Origin: the human T2T-CHM13v2.0 reference genome, Homo sapiens
Reading direction: 5' to 3' (one strand)
Length of the DNA: 64,000 bases
NCBI RefSeq assembly: GCF_009914755.1
Contig: NC_060940.1
Position 1 is the first letter of the stretch, and the number at the start of each line of letters is the position of its first letter. Below are positions 50,641-63,433 of this stretch, piece after piece. The notes beneath the pieces were generated by a model that saw only the letters and a program-made list of their open reading frames with translations, had not been told where the DNA came from and did no database searches. A program made the position numbers and the translations under genes.

Positions 50641-52442
50641 AATAAGAGGTAAGTTTCTTATTACTGCAGGTGAGTACCCCTAGGCTCGAGAGGGTGAGCG
50701 ATTTGTCCTCACATTCCTGGTATGTGGCTGAGCCTGGACTAGAATTTAAGTCTGCGACCATCATCCCTAGACCAGTTCAACGTTGTATCCATGAAAGATG
50801 TCAGTGTGATTTTAAAGAACTTAATGAAGAGTTTGGAATGAAGTGCAGCATTTACTATCTGTTTATTTTAACCTTTGCCTACCAATGAGGAAACAAATGT
50901 ATTAGATTCTCTGAGAAACATAAAGAAAGACAGCTTAGCTCAAAACACAGCTTGAAATACAGGCCCTTGGAAAGAAATCATTCAGAAACCAAAGAAATAC
51001 ATCCCTATCTTCTTCACTTTACTATCCCCCCTGCCAGTAGGGAGAAAAAATTACCTGAGGACAGTTTTCAGAAACTTTTTCAAAAGATTTGAATTTCAGA
51101 ATCTTTTTCAGATATTTGACTACTTTTTTCCTCTTCTTACTGACTAATAAATGAGGTAATGAAATGTAACTATTTGATATTTGGCCTCTGTGTATCTGTC
51201 TCTCTTAGAAGAAAATTTGGGGAAATGTTGACTATGTGGGGAGGACACCAGGAGTAGTAATTCTTCTATGGACTTTGTGTTTTTCTCTCTCCTTCACATG
51301 TCTGTGTATAAGCAGGTGGTCATCCAGCATTTCTTAGATGTAAAAAGGCATTCTCTCTGAAGCTTCCTGCTCCACAACCCTACTCACTTTGACCCCATAT
51401 GGCTCTCTAGTGGAAAATATCTACATAGAGAATAATGTTCTGTTAGAGCGCTTAAAACAAAATGGCAGCCAGGTTTTTAAATACGCATATCAGCTTGGAT
51501 TTGGAATGAATAGATGCTCCAATTATACTTGCAATATAAGTAGAAATTGCAGAAATTCATGGTTTTCCTAAACAAAGAAAACTGTAGGTACGTTGTTTGG
51601 TTTTAGTAATTAAATAATTTTAAAAAATAATTGCACATTCCTTTCTCTTCTTCAACTAGAAAAATTGGGATATGTTTCATGTTGGGGAATGAAACCCACT
51701 TAACAAATGTGTAGTCCACTCGTTCCTCAGGGATATATGTACTGAATTACATTTCCACTTGCACTACTTAATTTAGGAATTGATTGAATGCAGTCAGGTA
51801 AAGCGTGAGGCTTTTTCTTCCCCCTACACGTGAATGTGAGTGATAGAAAATATCAGCAAAGGAAATATTGGTATACAGATAATACCTGGTTGTAATACCT
51901 ATTAAAAGAAAATGCACTTCTGTATTATTAAGGTAAAGCCTTAATGCTATGCATGCCCTTTGACCCAGCAATTTCACTTCTGGGAAACCATTACAAGGAA
52001 ATAATTAAGAGCGTGGATAAAGCTCTTGGAGCCCTACAGTTGCCATGCAAACAAGGCTAGGCTGGCCTCGCCAAGGATGAGAAGTCAACTGGTCATCCAG
52101 CTGTCACAGTTGTCCTTGCTGTCCTAGTCAATATCAGCCACCAGATTTGCAAGTGAAGCCATCTGAGACTTTCCAGCCAAAGATGAGTCCCTAAAACTGA
52201 AGTCACATGAGTGATCCTATAAGACCAGCCGCAAAATACCCAACTGAGCCTTTCCCAAATTTCTGACCCACAGTATCACCATTCCAAACCTTTATGTGTA
52301 GTCTATTTCATTTGCCTTTAGAGGTAACCTTGATAGTAAAGATTCTGTTACCTACATCTCCAAAGATCCTATTAAGCAACCAGTGGGTATATTGGAAGGC
52401 ACCAATGGAATGACCTGAGATGTCATAAATGCCATAGGTAAT

Positions 52443-52768
52443 TATATTAGTTTGCTAGAGCTGCCATAATGAAGTACCACAAACTGGGTGGCTTAAACAA
52501 CACAAATGTATTGTCTCACAGTTTCAGAGGCTAGAAGTTCAAAATTCAAGATGTTGGCAGGGTTAGTTCCTTCTGAGGGCTGTGAAGGAAGGATCTGTTC
52601 TAGGCCACTCTACTTGGCTTGTAGATGGCCATCTTTTCTCTGTGTCTCTTTCCATCATCTTCCCTTTAGGAATGTCTGTCTTTGTGTCCAAGTTTCCACT
52701 TTTAATAAGAACACCAATCGTATTGAATTAAGAACCACCCTAATGAACTCTTTAACTCAATTACCTCT
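52443..52768 (-). mobile_element. MLT1B/C-type LTR
   Basis: tattagtttgctagagctgccataatgaagtaccacaaactgggtggcttaaacaa...gttggcagggttagttccttctgagggctgtga. Confidence 0.87.
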
Positions 52769-53320
52769 AGTTTCAGTAAATACAGACAACTGTAAATAAA
52801 TAGTTATGTGTTGAATACTATATAGGTACCAAGGTAGGGAGACAGACGGTGCACAGAAAACAAACTTTCTGTCTCTTCTGCTTCATCCCTTATCTCTGTT
52901 CCAGAAAAACTTGTCAGTTGGTGCTCACGCATCACAATTGCAGAAGCAGATTTCTCCCACAGCAAAAGAGTCTGGCTGCTTGGACCTCCCTCTATGGGGG
53001 CTCAAATGGCAAAAACCATATGCCAGCCTTCTGGGCCAGTAGAAGGGACAATAATTGAGGGCATCAGGTACTCAAGATCCAAGCTCTGTCACTCACCAGT
53101 TCTGACTCTGTACAAATGGGATGGAAAGTAATTCAAGACCCTTGTCTCTTCTTCCCCATTGGATTCTGCTGGGAAGGGCTCCAGTGTCTTCTTCCCATCA
53201 CCATTCTGTTCATTCTTGCTCTTCCTCTCAGCTATGGCACCCATGGCTTTTCTTTTACTTCTCCATCCATCTTTGCTTGTGGAGAACTCAGATGACTCCA
53301 TGAAGATAAATGGTTTTGGC

Positions 53321-53795
53321 AATAACAACAACACAACTACAACAGCAAACAACAACAACACAACTACAACAGCACAACAATGAAACTACTACAACACAAC
53401 ACAACTACAACAGCACAACACAATACAATAGCACAACACAACTACAACAGCGCAACACAATACAATAGCACAACAACACAACTACAACAGCACAACACAA
53501 TACAATAGCACAACAACACAACTACAACAGCACAACTACAACAGCACAACAAAACTACTACACGACAACAACACAACTATAGCAGCATAACAACAACAAT
53601 ACAACTACAACAGCACAACACAATACAACAGCACAACAACACAACTACAACAGCACAACTACAACAGCACAACAAAACTACTACACGACAACAACACAAC
53701 TATAGCAGCATAACAACAACAACAATACAACTACAACAGCACAACAGCATGACAACATCACAACTACAATGGCACAATACAACAGAACAACAACA
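53321..53795. repeat. Complex ACA/CAA-rich minisatellite (VNTR-like)
   Basis: Recurrent CACAACTACAACAG core with 40-bp and 123-bp higher-order periods. Confidence 0.93.
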
Positions 53796-53995
53796 CTTGC
53801 TGAATGCTTTCTAGTGCCAAGCACTGTTCTGCCTGTTGTAAATGTATTACGTTTTCTAATTCTCACTGTCATACTAAGAAATAGGCATTCTGTTTATACT
53901 CATTACATACATGAAGAAACTGAGTCACGAGTTCAAGTGACTCTTCACAGTCACACGACTGTTAAGTGGGAGAGCTGAGATTTAAGCCCAACTCA
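53796..53995 (-). mobile_element. MIR
   Basis: cttgctgaatgctttctagtgccaagcactgttct...atgaagaaactgagtcac...gtcacac...gagctgagatttaagccca. Confidence 0.8.
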
Positions 53996-54196
53996 CACTA
54001 TTACCCTATATAACAAAGAAAGAAAAGAGCTAACACTGTAGTAAACATCTCTTTCCTGGCAATGAAATGGGTGATATCCCCCCATGCTCCATGTGTCTTT
54101 TTCCACATCTATTACCACCAGATGTCCCTTTCTGAAGGGGGAAAACTATTTCACTGGAAAGCAAAAACATCTCGTGGCTTCCATGGTTCCCCAGGA

Positions 54197-54256
54197 TTTC
54201 CAACCTTTTTCTTCAGTATTTTCCAACCTTTTTCTTCAGTATTTTCCAACCTTTTT
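54197..54256. repeat. 23-bp tandem repeat, ~2.6 copies
   Basis: TTTCCAACCTTTTTCTTCAGTAT x2 plus a partial copy. Confidence 0.92.
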
Positions 54257-55325
54257 TCCAAGACCCACTGTAAATGAGCACATGAAGATGTCACAGAGGC
54301 AACGGCCCAGGGACTGCAGCAACCCACACGTGGTTGACCTGAGCCCAATCGAGGCACTGTACCTGCAGTTTTGAAACCTGTGGGCAGACATTTCCCATCT
54401 TCCCAGGAGGGCTGTTCCCAATTCCTTCAGCCAACAAGAACCCTGAGGGTGCTTCCTCCATCAGCTGGCGAGGCTGCTCTTCTCATGCACCCAACACCAC
54501 TTACGACAAATGATGGGTGAAAATGACCCAACCCTGACCATCAGTGATAAGGAGTAGACCCCAACAAACAAGAAGATTGTTTTCTCCACTCAGTCCCTTA
54601 AAGGAAGAAAAGGGCGCTTAGGATCAATGATACATCTACTAAATAATGATTGAACAATGCATGCTTATCCTAAGAAGAACCATGAATCTTCCTTTTTCTT
54701 AGTAGATACCACCAGTTCTGACTCCTAACCATTCAGCAGCCACATCACCTTCCCAATGAAAGTGAACAAGAGAGGCAACATGGACTTATCTTTGGTTTGC
54801 AGAATATTCAAGTGTCTCCCACATCACCAGCTTTCTAACCATCTCATCTGCCAGCCATTAGTGGCTGAATATGGGGTCCCATAAATGCAAAACTTAAAAG
54901 GACTGACTGCCCTGAATTGCAACTTGTTGCTTCTTTTCTTTAAAATTCTAGCAACTCAAGGCTGAACTCTTTACTAGGAAAACTATCCCAGGACTCTTCC
55001 CTGTCTTGGACCCCTAGACTAGACCAAGAAGGTGAGCACACCATGGTATTTCATGCAGTGTCTATCTTCTGAACGTGGGAATAGGAGAAACATGCTGTTC
55101 TGAGAGAAGAAAGCCACCAGACAATACAAGAGGCTTCCTCCCACGCTGGGCCATCTTTTTTATTAGATTTGGGAAGTTAGTACAAGGAGATAAGTTAGGT
55201 TCAGGCTATTGTAGCTGCCCCAGACAGCCAATTAGGAAGGGTCAACTTAAGGATTACTATGTACCAGAGACTTAGAACCCTATTGCCCAAGAACTTATGA
55301 TTCCACAAATGAAGAGAAGACAAGC

Positions 55326-55326
<1 letters not shown>

Positions 55327-55374
<48 letters not shown>
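55327..55374. repeat. (AC)24 microsatellite
   Basis: Pure run. Confidence 0.95.
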
Positions 55375-55376
<2 letters not shown>

Positions 55377-55589
55377 GTGATTTGATAGTAATTCAAGGCA
55401 AACGTCCTTCCAGGTTGACTCTGATCCAGCCAGCTGCACAGCCAAGTGTTTGTCAAGGGGTTGAATCTCTTCCAATGTTTGTTTTCTCTTGTTGTTTCTC
55501 TCTCCTACGTCATCTCTTGAATTCTGGTCTCTGTCATGCAACCGCACTTTGTCCCCAACATTACTTGTTTCCTCTTTCGACAAGTACAA

Positions 55590-55990
55590 ATTTAACATTT
55601 CACATTTTTAAAGCAAATATTTTCTCCATATCAAAAAATGACAACATCATTCTTCTGATTGCTCCAGCCAAAACTTGGGTGTCATCTTCCTTTCCTCTTA
55701 TGTTTTCGTCATAGCTGCATCCAATTCCATATTTTAAAAATATATCACAATCTGACAACTTCTTCCCTCCCCCTCCCCTCTTTGGTGTCAAACTCCTCCT
55801 TTCCCTCCTCCTCTCCCCCCATCGCATCCATCTCACCTCGGCTAAATGGTCTCTCTACTTCCCTGTGGCACCCCACCTACACTGTCTGTTCTTATACCAA
55901 GGAGTCATCATCAATAATACCAGAGAGATGCAAAGTCCTTCCAACTCTCCATGATCTGGTTCCCATTACCTCTCTGACTATATCCTGCCT
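55590..55990 (+). mobile_element. L2 fragment
   Basis: gctccagccaaaacttgggtgtcatctt...aaaaatatatcacaatctgacaactt...aaatggtctctct. Confidence 0.65.
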
Positions 55991-57095
55991 CCCATAGTGC
56001 AAAAGAATTTCATTCAATCAAGCAAGTAACTGAGGAGCAAATGGAGAGGCAAAGGAGAGACACAGCGTAATCACCAAGAAGGCTGGACAGTGAGGAGGCT
56101 GATAGATAAGAGTAGGACTTCTGTTTGCAGAAGAGAGAAGAAACATCATAGAGAGTGGCATATAAGCCTGTCTCTTTCCCTTTACTCCTCCGCATGAAAA
56201 TGAAATCCTGCAGTAATCATATTCATTGTGTCAATTTACATGTACGCCATGTTTCATAAGATCCCTTGAGTAAGGTAATTAACACGCCCTGTTCTTCAAT
56301 TGTTTGTCCCTTTCTTGCCTTCCTGTGAGTACTGCAGCCAGCAGCATCTCTGCCGTGGCTGGGACCTGCGTCACTCTGTCCGAGGTGTGCAATGGGTAGG
56401 TTCCTGAGGCTCTTGACTAGTGTCACCAAGACCGTGCCTGATACACTTATTTTTGTCCCTGCCCCCTCTCTTGTACAACTTCCCCCTACTTTAATAGAAA
56501 ACCCTTCACCATTATAACTCTTCTGTTTCTCTCGGCATTCTCAGCGGGAGTGGAGGGATACCTTTACAAGCACAGGCAAATAAATGGTCCTAGGCTTTAC
56601 TAAATTGATTAAATGAATTGCTTGTCATCCACACACTTCTATAAGGCAAATCATCCAAGCTGATGAGACAGATGAAGGGTTAAGGGGGTCATAAGGACAG
56701 GTTGGGTCCTGGGGAGAGGGGTCCTGTGTAAAAAAAATGAGTAAAACAAAAACAAATAGATAACACAGACCCAGTGAAATAAAATACCAAAAGCCAACAT
56801 TTGCCCAGAACTTTACAGTTGCAGAGCACTTCCACAGACAAAGACTATTCTCACACTTTGCTAGCCCATTTATGGATCATGATTAGCAACTTGACTGTGG
56901 TTGCATAGGTTTCAAATCCTGAATTTTTCTTCAGGACAAATTTTGGGAGGCAGCTTTACCTTAAATACATCTATCAAAATTAGATATGCTAAATTTCCAA
57001 GATTTTGAAATCAGCCTTTGTTTTCCACTTTTTGGCATTTCTGAAACTGGGATGTACCCTACAATTGATGTGTAAGTTTAATCTGGCAGTGATTC

Positions 57096-57126
<31 letters not shown>

Positions 57127-58117
57127 CCCCTTGGAGGGCTATTATTGGATCAATGGTGTGTGTTACAGTCAGCAGCATCTTAGGATCAAGGAAACAGAGT
57201 GTGCACACTTGTGGGAAATATGAGCATGGATGTGTGTACTTGCTTGTCTGGGTATTTCCACTCATTAGCTCCTTTTTACTACTAAATGCACACCAACACA
57301 GCCCTAGGGTCCTGGTAGGGCCCATGGTCCAGACTCCACTAGCCAGCCTACAGTCTTCAAGGAAAGCTACAGCCCTACACGATCAGTTTCTATTCTAAAG
57401 GGAGAAGCCTCCATAAGCTCCCAGCATCATCAATAAGCCAAGAAAACCCTGCGATTATCATTGTTGCTATATCCCTTGGTGCTCAGAGGATACCCTCAGA
57501 AGAGTTCAAACTCTTAGAGGTCCACGTTCCTCTCTGTGCCTTGTCCCTCTCTCTGTCAGCTCAGAGGGACAACCTCTCTGATCTGGCACAGAAACTCTCT
57601 CTTATCTGGCACAGAGGGGGACAGAGTCTGAGCCAGCACAGAGAGGGACAAGGACACAGGCCACATGCCTCTGTTCTGGGTTCCTATTGGAGACACCAAG
57701 GCCAGGTACTAAACTTATGCAAGAGGGAGCCGTCTTCTGCAAGTGAGGAAAAGGCTTCAGCATTTAAGCAGGATTTCTTTACAAATTCCTTAATTTCACC
57801 TTCCTGAATTTTACACTGAATTTTGTCAGTTTATAAATTTGCACTATAGCTCGGCACTGGGAAGAGGAGGGGGGCAGATAATCAAACCTACGGGCGTTTT
57901 ACACACAGACACTGAAAAATAAAGACCATTAGCAAAAAGTATAATTAAATTAAAATGCCAACTTGCCAAGGAAGCTCAGTAAATGGGAAATATATCAAAC
58001 TGTGATAATACAAATGGGCTATTTCTCAAGATGTGAGAATGTCAATGGAATAAACTCTGATAATTTGCTGACTTTTTATGCTGAAGGTAGAGTAATACCT
58101 TAAAAATAAATGACCAC

Positions 58118-58121
<4 letters not shown>

Positions 58122-58155
<34 letters not shown>
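58122..58155. repeat. (AC)17 microsatellite
   Basis: Pure run. Confidence 0.95.
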
Positions 58156-58159
<4 letters not shown>

Positions 58160-58639
58160 CCGTGCAGTATGTGCACAACTGTTTAACCATGCTAATATCA
58201 CAAGCCTAGGAGCCCCCAGGGCTGGAAGATCTAGAAAAATCACTTAAAGCCCAATTTCTCCTTTTGGGTGAGTTGGCCAGACTCCAAATCCCAGCAGAAA
58301 TTTTTTATTAGTCACTGGATCTACTTTCTTAGGTCCACTCAGCCTAATTTATTTTGAATGCGTGTTTGCCAGTTAAGTTTAACATATCCAGTTAACGATA
58401 GCTGAATATTCTCTAAAAACAATCTTATAATGAAGCTACGGTTCTTTGTAGAATATTGAAAATTACTTTTGGCATGCAAGTTCGTTTCCTTAATTCCTCT
58501 TTTAGTGTGCAAATAACCTTTGAAAACCTGCTTCTAGGTGTTTATGTGTCAGGACAGTATCAAAAATTATTCAATTGCCAAGTCACATGTCAACACTTCT
58601 ACTACAAAGCCTCTGAGAACCCTGATTCTCACTACTCTG

Positions 58640-58653
58640 CTGCCCTCTAGTGG
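58640..58653 (-). promoter_or_regulatory. CTCF core motif
   Basis: Minus strand reads CCACTAGAGGGCAG, a full match to CCASYAGRKGGCRS. Confidence 0.6.
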
Positions 58654-60179
58654 AAACCTGACAAATCCTCGCCTTCATTTCAATTTATTTATTTCAATGG
58701 AAGCATCGAATGGAAAACTCTTTGCATCACACCTTGATGGTAAGAGGCACTTTAGAAGTAGCAAACTTTAAATGACCTGAAAACTGGAGACTCAATTGAA
58801 ATCCCTTGGAAGAACATTTAACGGAGGTGAGGCTGTCAAATATTTTCTAGTTATTTATCTAAGAATCACCTGCAGCTACAGCCATGCCTTGGAAAAAAAA
58901 GACGGGGGGCAACCCCTATGTTCATGTGATGGGCTCAATAGACTGTCTGCTCACGGGATGTTTGGGAATGGCTCAGTCTCTCAATTCTAGAATCACAGTG
59001 CACAGGCCAGAGTGTCAGGGGGAGAAGGGACATTTAAAGTTCAGTCATCCTACTGCTGGATGATTTCAAGCAACATAACTGAAATATTCAAATTCTTAGT
59101 TGAATTAAAGAAAAATCACTACATATATAACAGTACAGCAGGTATGCAGTTATCACAATGACGTGCAATTGATGAGTCATTTCATTTCCTTCCGTCATCT
59201 GATGAGAAGACAGACGCCCAAAGAGGGGAAGGGACTTGCCTAGCACCCACAACTAATAGGTGGCATAGCTGTCACCAGAACCCGTGTCCTGTGATTCATA
59301 GTTCAGGTATTTCCCTGTTACAACATTACAACAGGTGCCTTCAAAATTTATTTTTTACTTCTATGTTCGCAGCATGTGTGAAACACATTTTCATAATGTT
59401 GCAATGGACATTAACAAGTAACCTGACAAATAAGAACTGAATTATGGAACCTTATGGAACAATTACTTTTAGGAATAAATTAGAGTGGATTCCAGTTTAT
59501 TCCCATAACTGCATCACTCTTGGAATCCATGAGTGGTTTGCAAGTGGTGCAAATACAGCCACGAGGAACTGTTCATGTGAGAAATAGAAATTTCGATTCA
59601 TAAATACTGATGTGTGAGAAATGTAACTTTCTTTAAAAACTCAGTTTCTATTTAGACTCCCATCTCACTGAGTGATGGAAGCTTACTTTCAGTTGATTCA
59701 GTGTTGGTCTGTCTTCCCACTTTATCTGGATTTGAGTAGAGGGACCAATGTAGTAGGAAAGCACCAGAGAGACAGGTGCAGCCCTAGTCCCCAGTGTCAT
59801 CATTTCTTCAAGGTGGCACCCGTGAGATTTCCTCATCCCTGTCAGGCGCTCCGTCAACAGTCTTGAGGCCTGCCAACCCCATCAGCTCCTGAATTAAACC
59901 CAGCATGCCCCCAGTGCCTAGGAAACTTCCACTGCTTCCCCACCATGAGCTGCCCTGTTGACCCAGGCATGGCACGTGGTTGTGTACACCCTGGAAGTTT
60001 TGTCCCCACCCCCAGTCTCTACTTGAGAAGAAGCATGATATTTTTGCTCTTGGATCTCCTCACTGATGTGAGGTTTCCATTGCCAGCACACCCACCATAC
60101 ACCCCACCCACCTAAAAACTGCATTTATGTGGCAAAAGGCAAGGCCATTCCTCAAAGACCCACCAGCATCAAACACACC

Positions 60180-60450
60180 TCATTCATTAATTCGGTCAAT
60201 ATTTGTTGAGCTTCTTCCCTTTGCACTGAAGATAACCCCATGAGTAGACTGACCAGGTACCAGCCCCAAAGGGGCTCACAACTTAGTGATGAGCATACCA
60301 TTAAACAAGCAAAATGTACACACAATGACCTCAAGAAAGAGTGGGAAGAAAGTGATGAGGGGTGGTGAGGAAGGATCTGACTTCAAGCTGAGTGGGTGAG
60401 AAAAAGCCTTTCCAAGGAAGGGACATTTGAGCAGAGGTTTGCATAAACGT
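60180..60450 (-). mobile_element. L2 3' fragment
   Basis: cattcattaattcggtcaatatttgttgagc...ggggctcacaacttagtg...ggacatttgagcagag. Confidence 0.65.
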
Positions 60451-60748
60451 CCAAGCAGGTTCATTTCTAGTCTTGGAGCATGGAATCTCTCCTGGAACTT
60501 ATCTATTCTTACAAAGAGGAAAAGCAAAAACATTTTATTATTGTGTGTTAGCCTTCTTGTGATCCATGAAAGTGGAGTTCTTAGCAGATAGAGTACACAG
60601 GGTCTCACAGAAAGTACAGAGAAAAATACCAGCTCATATTTCAAAATATTATTTCAGGACACATCCACTCTGGGCAGGCTTTGGGAGGGACATCCCTCGT
60701 GACAAATTATCTGCCATGTGTGATGAGGAGGCGAAAATAAGGCTGATA

Positions 60749-61474
60749 AATTGTGTAAAACAGCGTGGAGTTTCCTCAAAAAACTAAAAAGAGAACTGCC
60801 CTATAGTCCAGCCATCCCACTTCTGGGTTTAGATCCAAAAGAACTGAAATCAGTGTATCAAAGAGATATCTACACTTTCATGTTTATTGCAGAACTATTC
60901 ACGATAGCCAAGATATGGAATCAACTTAAGTGCCCATCAACAGATGAATGAATGAAGAAAATGTGGCATATGCACTGTTGAATGTTATGCAGCCATAAAA
61001 AGAATGAAATCCTGTCATTCTCAGCAATATGGATGAGGCTGGAGGGCATTATGGTAAGTAAAATAAACCAGGCACAGAAAGACAAACACTGCCTGTTCTC
61101 ACCCATATGTGGGAGCTAAAAAAGTTGATCTCATAGAAGCAGAGAGTAGAATAGTGGTCACAGGAGCATGGGGAAAGGAGGCGGGGAGACAGTAGATGTT
61201 GGTTAACTGATAAAAAATGACAGCAAGGCAGGAGGAATAAGTTATAATGTTCTATAGCATTGTAGGATGACTATAGTTAACAATTTACTTTATGTTTTCC
61301 AGTAGCCAGAAGGAAGGATTTTGAAGGTACTGAACAGAAAAAAATAATAAATGTTTCAGGTGAGAAATACACTAATTACCCTGATTTGAATACTACACAT
61401 TGTTTACATGTGTTGAAATACTATTCTGTATCCCATAAATATGTACAATTACTACATGTCAACTAAAAATTAAA
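60749..61474 (+). mobile_element. L1MA (MA3/MA4-like) 3' end: ORF2 C-terminal remnant plus 3' UTR
   Basis: Translation FLKKLKRELPYSPAIPLLG...MFIAELFTIAKIWNQLKCPS is the ORF2p C-terminus. TSD AAAATAAGGCTGATA at 60734-60748 and 61475-61489. Confidence 0.93.
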
Positions 61475-62544
61475 AAAATAAGGCTGATAGGATCACTATT
61501 TAGTCAGACCCCTGGTGGCTCAAGCCTTCCTTGAGGTTTATTTTTTGCCTCTGGAGAGTAGAGACCTCAGTCACTGTTGCACCCTCATGCCCATGCCCAC
61601 CCAGTCCTCTGGCATGGTGGCATGGCCACAGTAGGCACCCATCCGAGAGGCCAACCTGAAGGAATGGATCATACCACACTCACGCAAGCAAGAGTCTGAG
61701 TAAGGCACCTCTAACTCAGGATAGAACTCCTGACTCCAATCAGGAATAGCCTCCAGAAAAGAAAAGTGCTTTTATGGGGACCTCCGCCCATTTGTTAGTC
61801 ATTTATCCACATGAATCCTTAGGCCAGGAGTCCAAAATGCACATACTTTTGGAGGCTTAGACAGGTGACATAAATAAGAGAAGTGGGATGGCTGAGGGAT
61901 GATTCTTCACTTTCCCAAAGAAATATCTTCTTTGCCATTTTCTTTGACTTGTTCTTCGCTCTTGTTGGTTCATTATTCTGTATGTTATAGGGACAAGGGA
62001 AAAAGAAAAATTTATATTCCTCTTTACTATTGGGCCATGAAAGAATTACAAATGACAACTAATTCTATGCCTCGATGGCAGAAAACCACCAGGGTGAAGA
62101 GAAGACCCTGGTGAACTGAACAGCATAGGTCTCATCTAAATAAGGAGGAGCTAGAGCTAATCATCCCCTCATGGGAATATGGACTCAGTGTTGCCTGCTG
62201 TTTTTTTCAAAAGAAGCTGGAACCTAACTATTCTTGTGAAATAGCCTAATATATTTACATGCACAATTCATACATACTCTTTTAAAACCCTGTGCAGGAA
62301 ACAGGGGATACATTTTTGGTCCAGATTCAGGGTATGAATCAGCAATTTAGATCCTGAATTTTCATCATATTGTTCAGCTCTTGGGGTATCAACCAGATGT
62401 AGTAGCAGAAGTCTTGGCCTGTGAATCCAGAGGCTGGGGTGGGCATTCTCCTCTGTAAAAATGTGGACAACTTGTACTCCTCCCTGATCATCTCCTTAAC
62501 TTCTCCAAACAAGGAGAGATTAGATGACCAAATTTATTTTTATA

Positions 62545-62950
62545 TGCACATCTAGAGTGTAAACAGCTATCATAAATAGACTTTAAAATGCATGTGGCTT
62601 AAAAAATAAACAAATGAACAGAAGTTTCACTCTCCGTCACAGAACAGTCCAGGGTGTGACAGCTGGAGCTTTCCTCCACCCTGTGATTCCAAGATCTACT
62701 CTCCTGTGATTATGTTGGCTCCCATGGCCTTGCCATCGTCTACCTCTTGCTGCTCTCACAGAAGAGGTATGGTAGAGGAAATGAACACCTGCTTCTTGAA
62801 AATCATGGCCCAAGATCTATACAAATCATTTTTACTTACATTCAGTTGGTGAGAACTGGACACACAGCCACACCCAGGTGCAGGGTGTGACATGACTACA
62901 CTGTGGAAGGGAAGAACAGATTTTAGTGGATGTCTAGCATTCTTTGCCAC
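62545..62950 (-). mobile_element. MLT1J-type LTR
   Basis: cttacattcagttggtgagaact...gccacaccc...ggaagaacagattttagtggatgtctagcattctttgccac. Confidence 0.6.
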
Positions 62951-63054
62951 CTATCCTTCCAGAAAACGTTGCACATGAATCCAATATATAAAACGGTTCA
63001 TCATGTAGCTGTACAAGATGAAGACAGAATAAGGAATTCCTAAACTCCATAATG

Positions 63055-63433
63055 AAAGTTGCATCACTGCTCAAAATATTTTTTGGTCATGGAGAAAGAA
63101 GATGTCTCTTTGTTGCACTGACATCAGGCTTGGCCATGTGACTCACTCTTGCCCAGTGAATGTAGCTAGAAGTGATGGGTGCTATTGTTAAACAGAAGCT
63201 TTGAAAGCCATGGTCCACCACTCTTCTATTTTCCTTCTGAAGGGGGACCAGTATGTCACAGAAAAGAGCTTCTTTTTCAGTAGAATTAGAATGAAGAAGA
63301 TAGGAAACAAAATCAGAGCTGCTTTATGATAGTCATGTCATATGAATGAAAAATGCATCTTTAATTTTGCAGGTCATTAAGATTTGGTGCCATTTGTTAC
63401 TGCAGTATAACTTGGCTTAAGCTGACTGATACA
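63055..63433 (+). mobile_element. MLT1I-type LTR
   Basis: tgacatcaggcttggccatgtgactc...aaacagaagcttt...atttgttactgcagtataacttggcttaagctgactgataca. Confidence 0.7.

Noticed and set aside
53159-53872. Asn/Thr/Gln-rich or Val/Cys-rich mucin-like ORFs; CRISPR-like periodicity
   Set aside because: These are translations of the VNTR with frequent stops. The units have no unique spacers and the DNA is human
60751-60951. ORF with clear protein similarity
   Set aside because: It is the decayed L1 ORF2p C-terminus in a truncated L1MA, not a host gene
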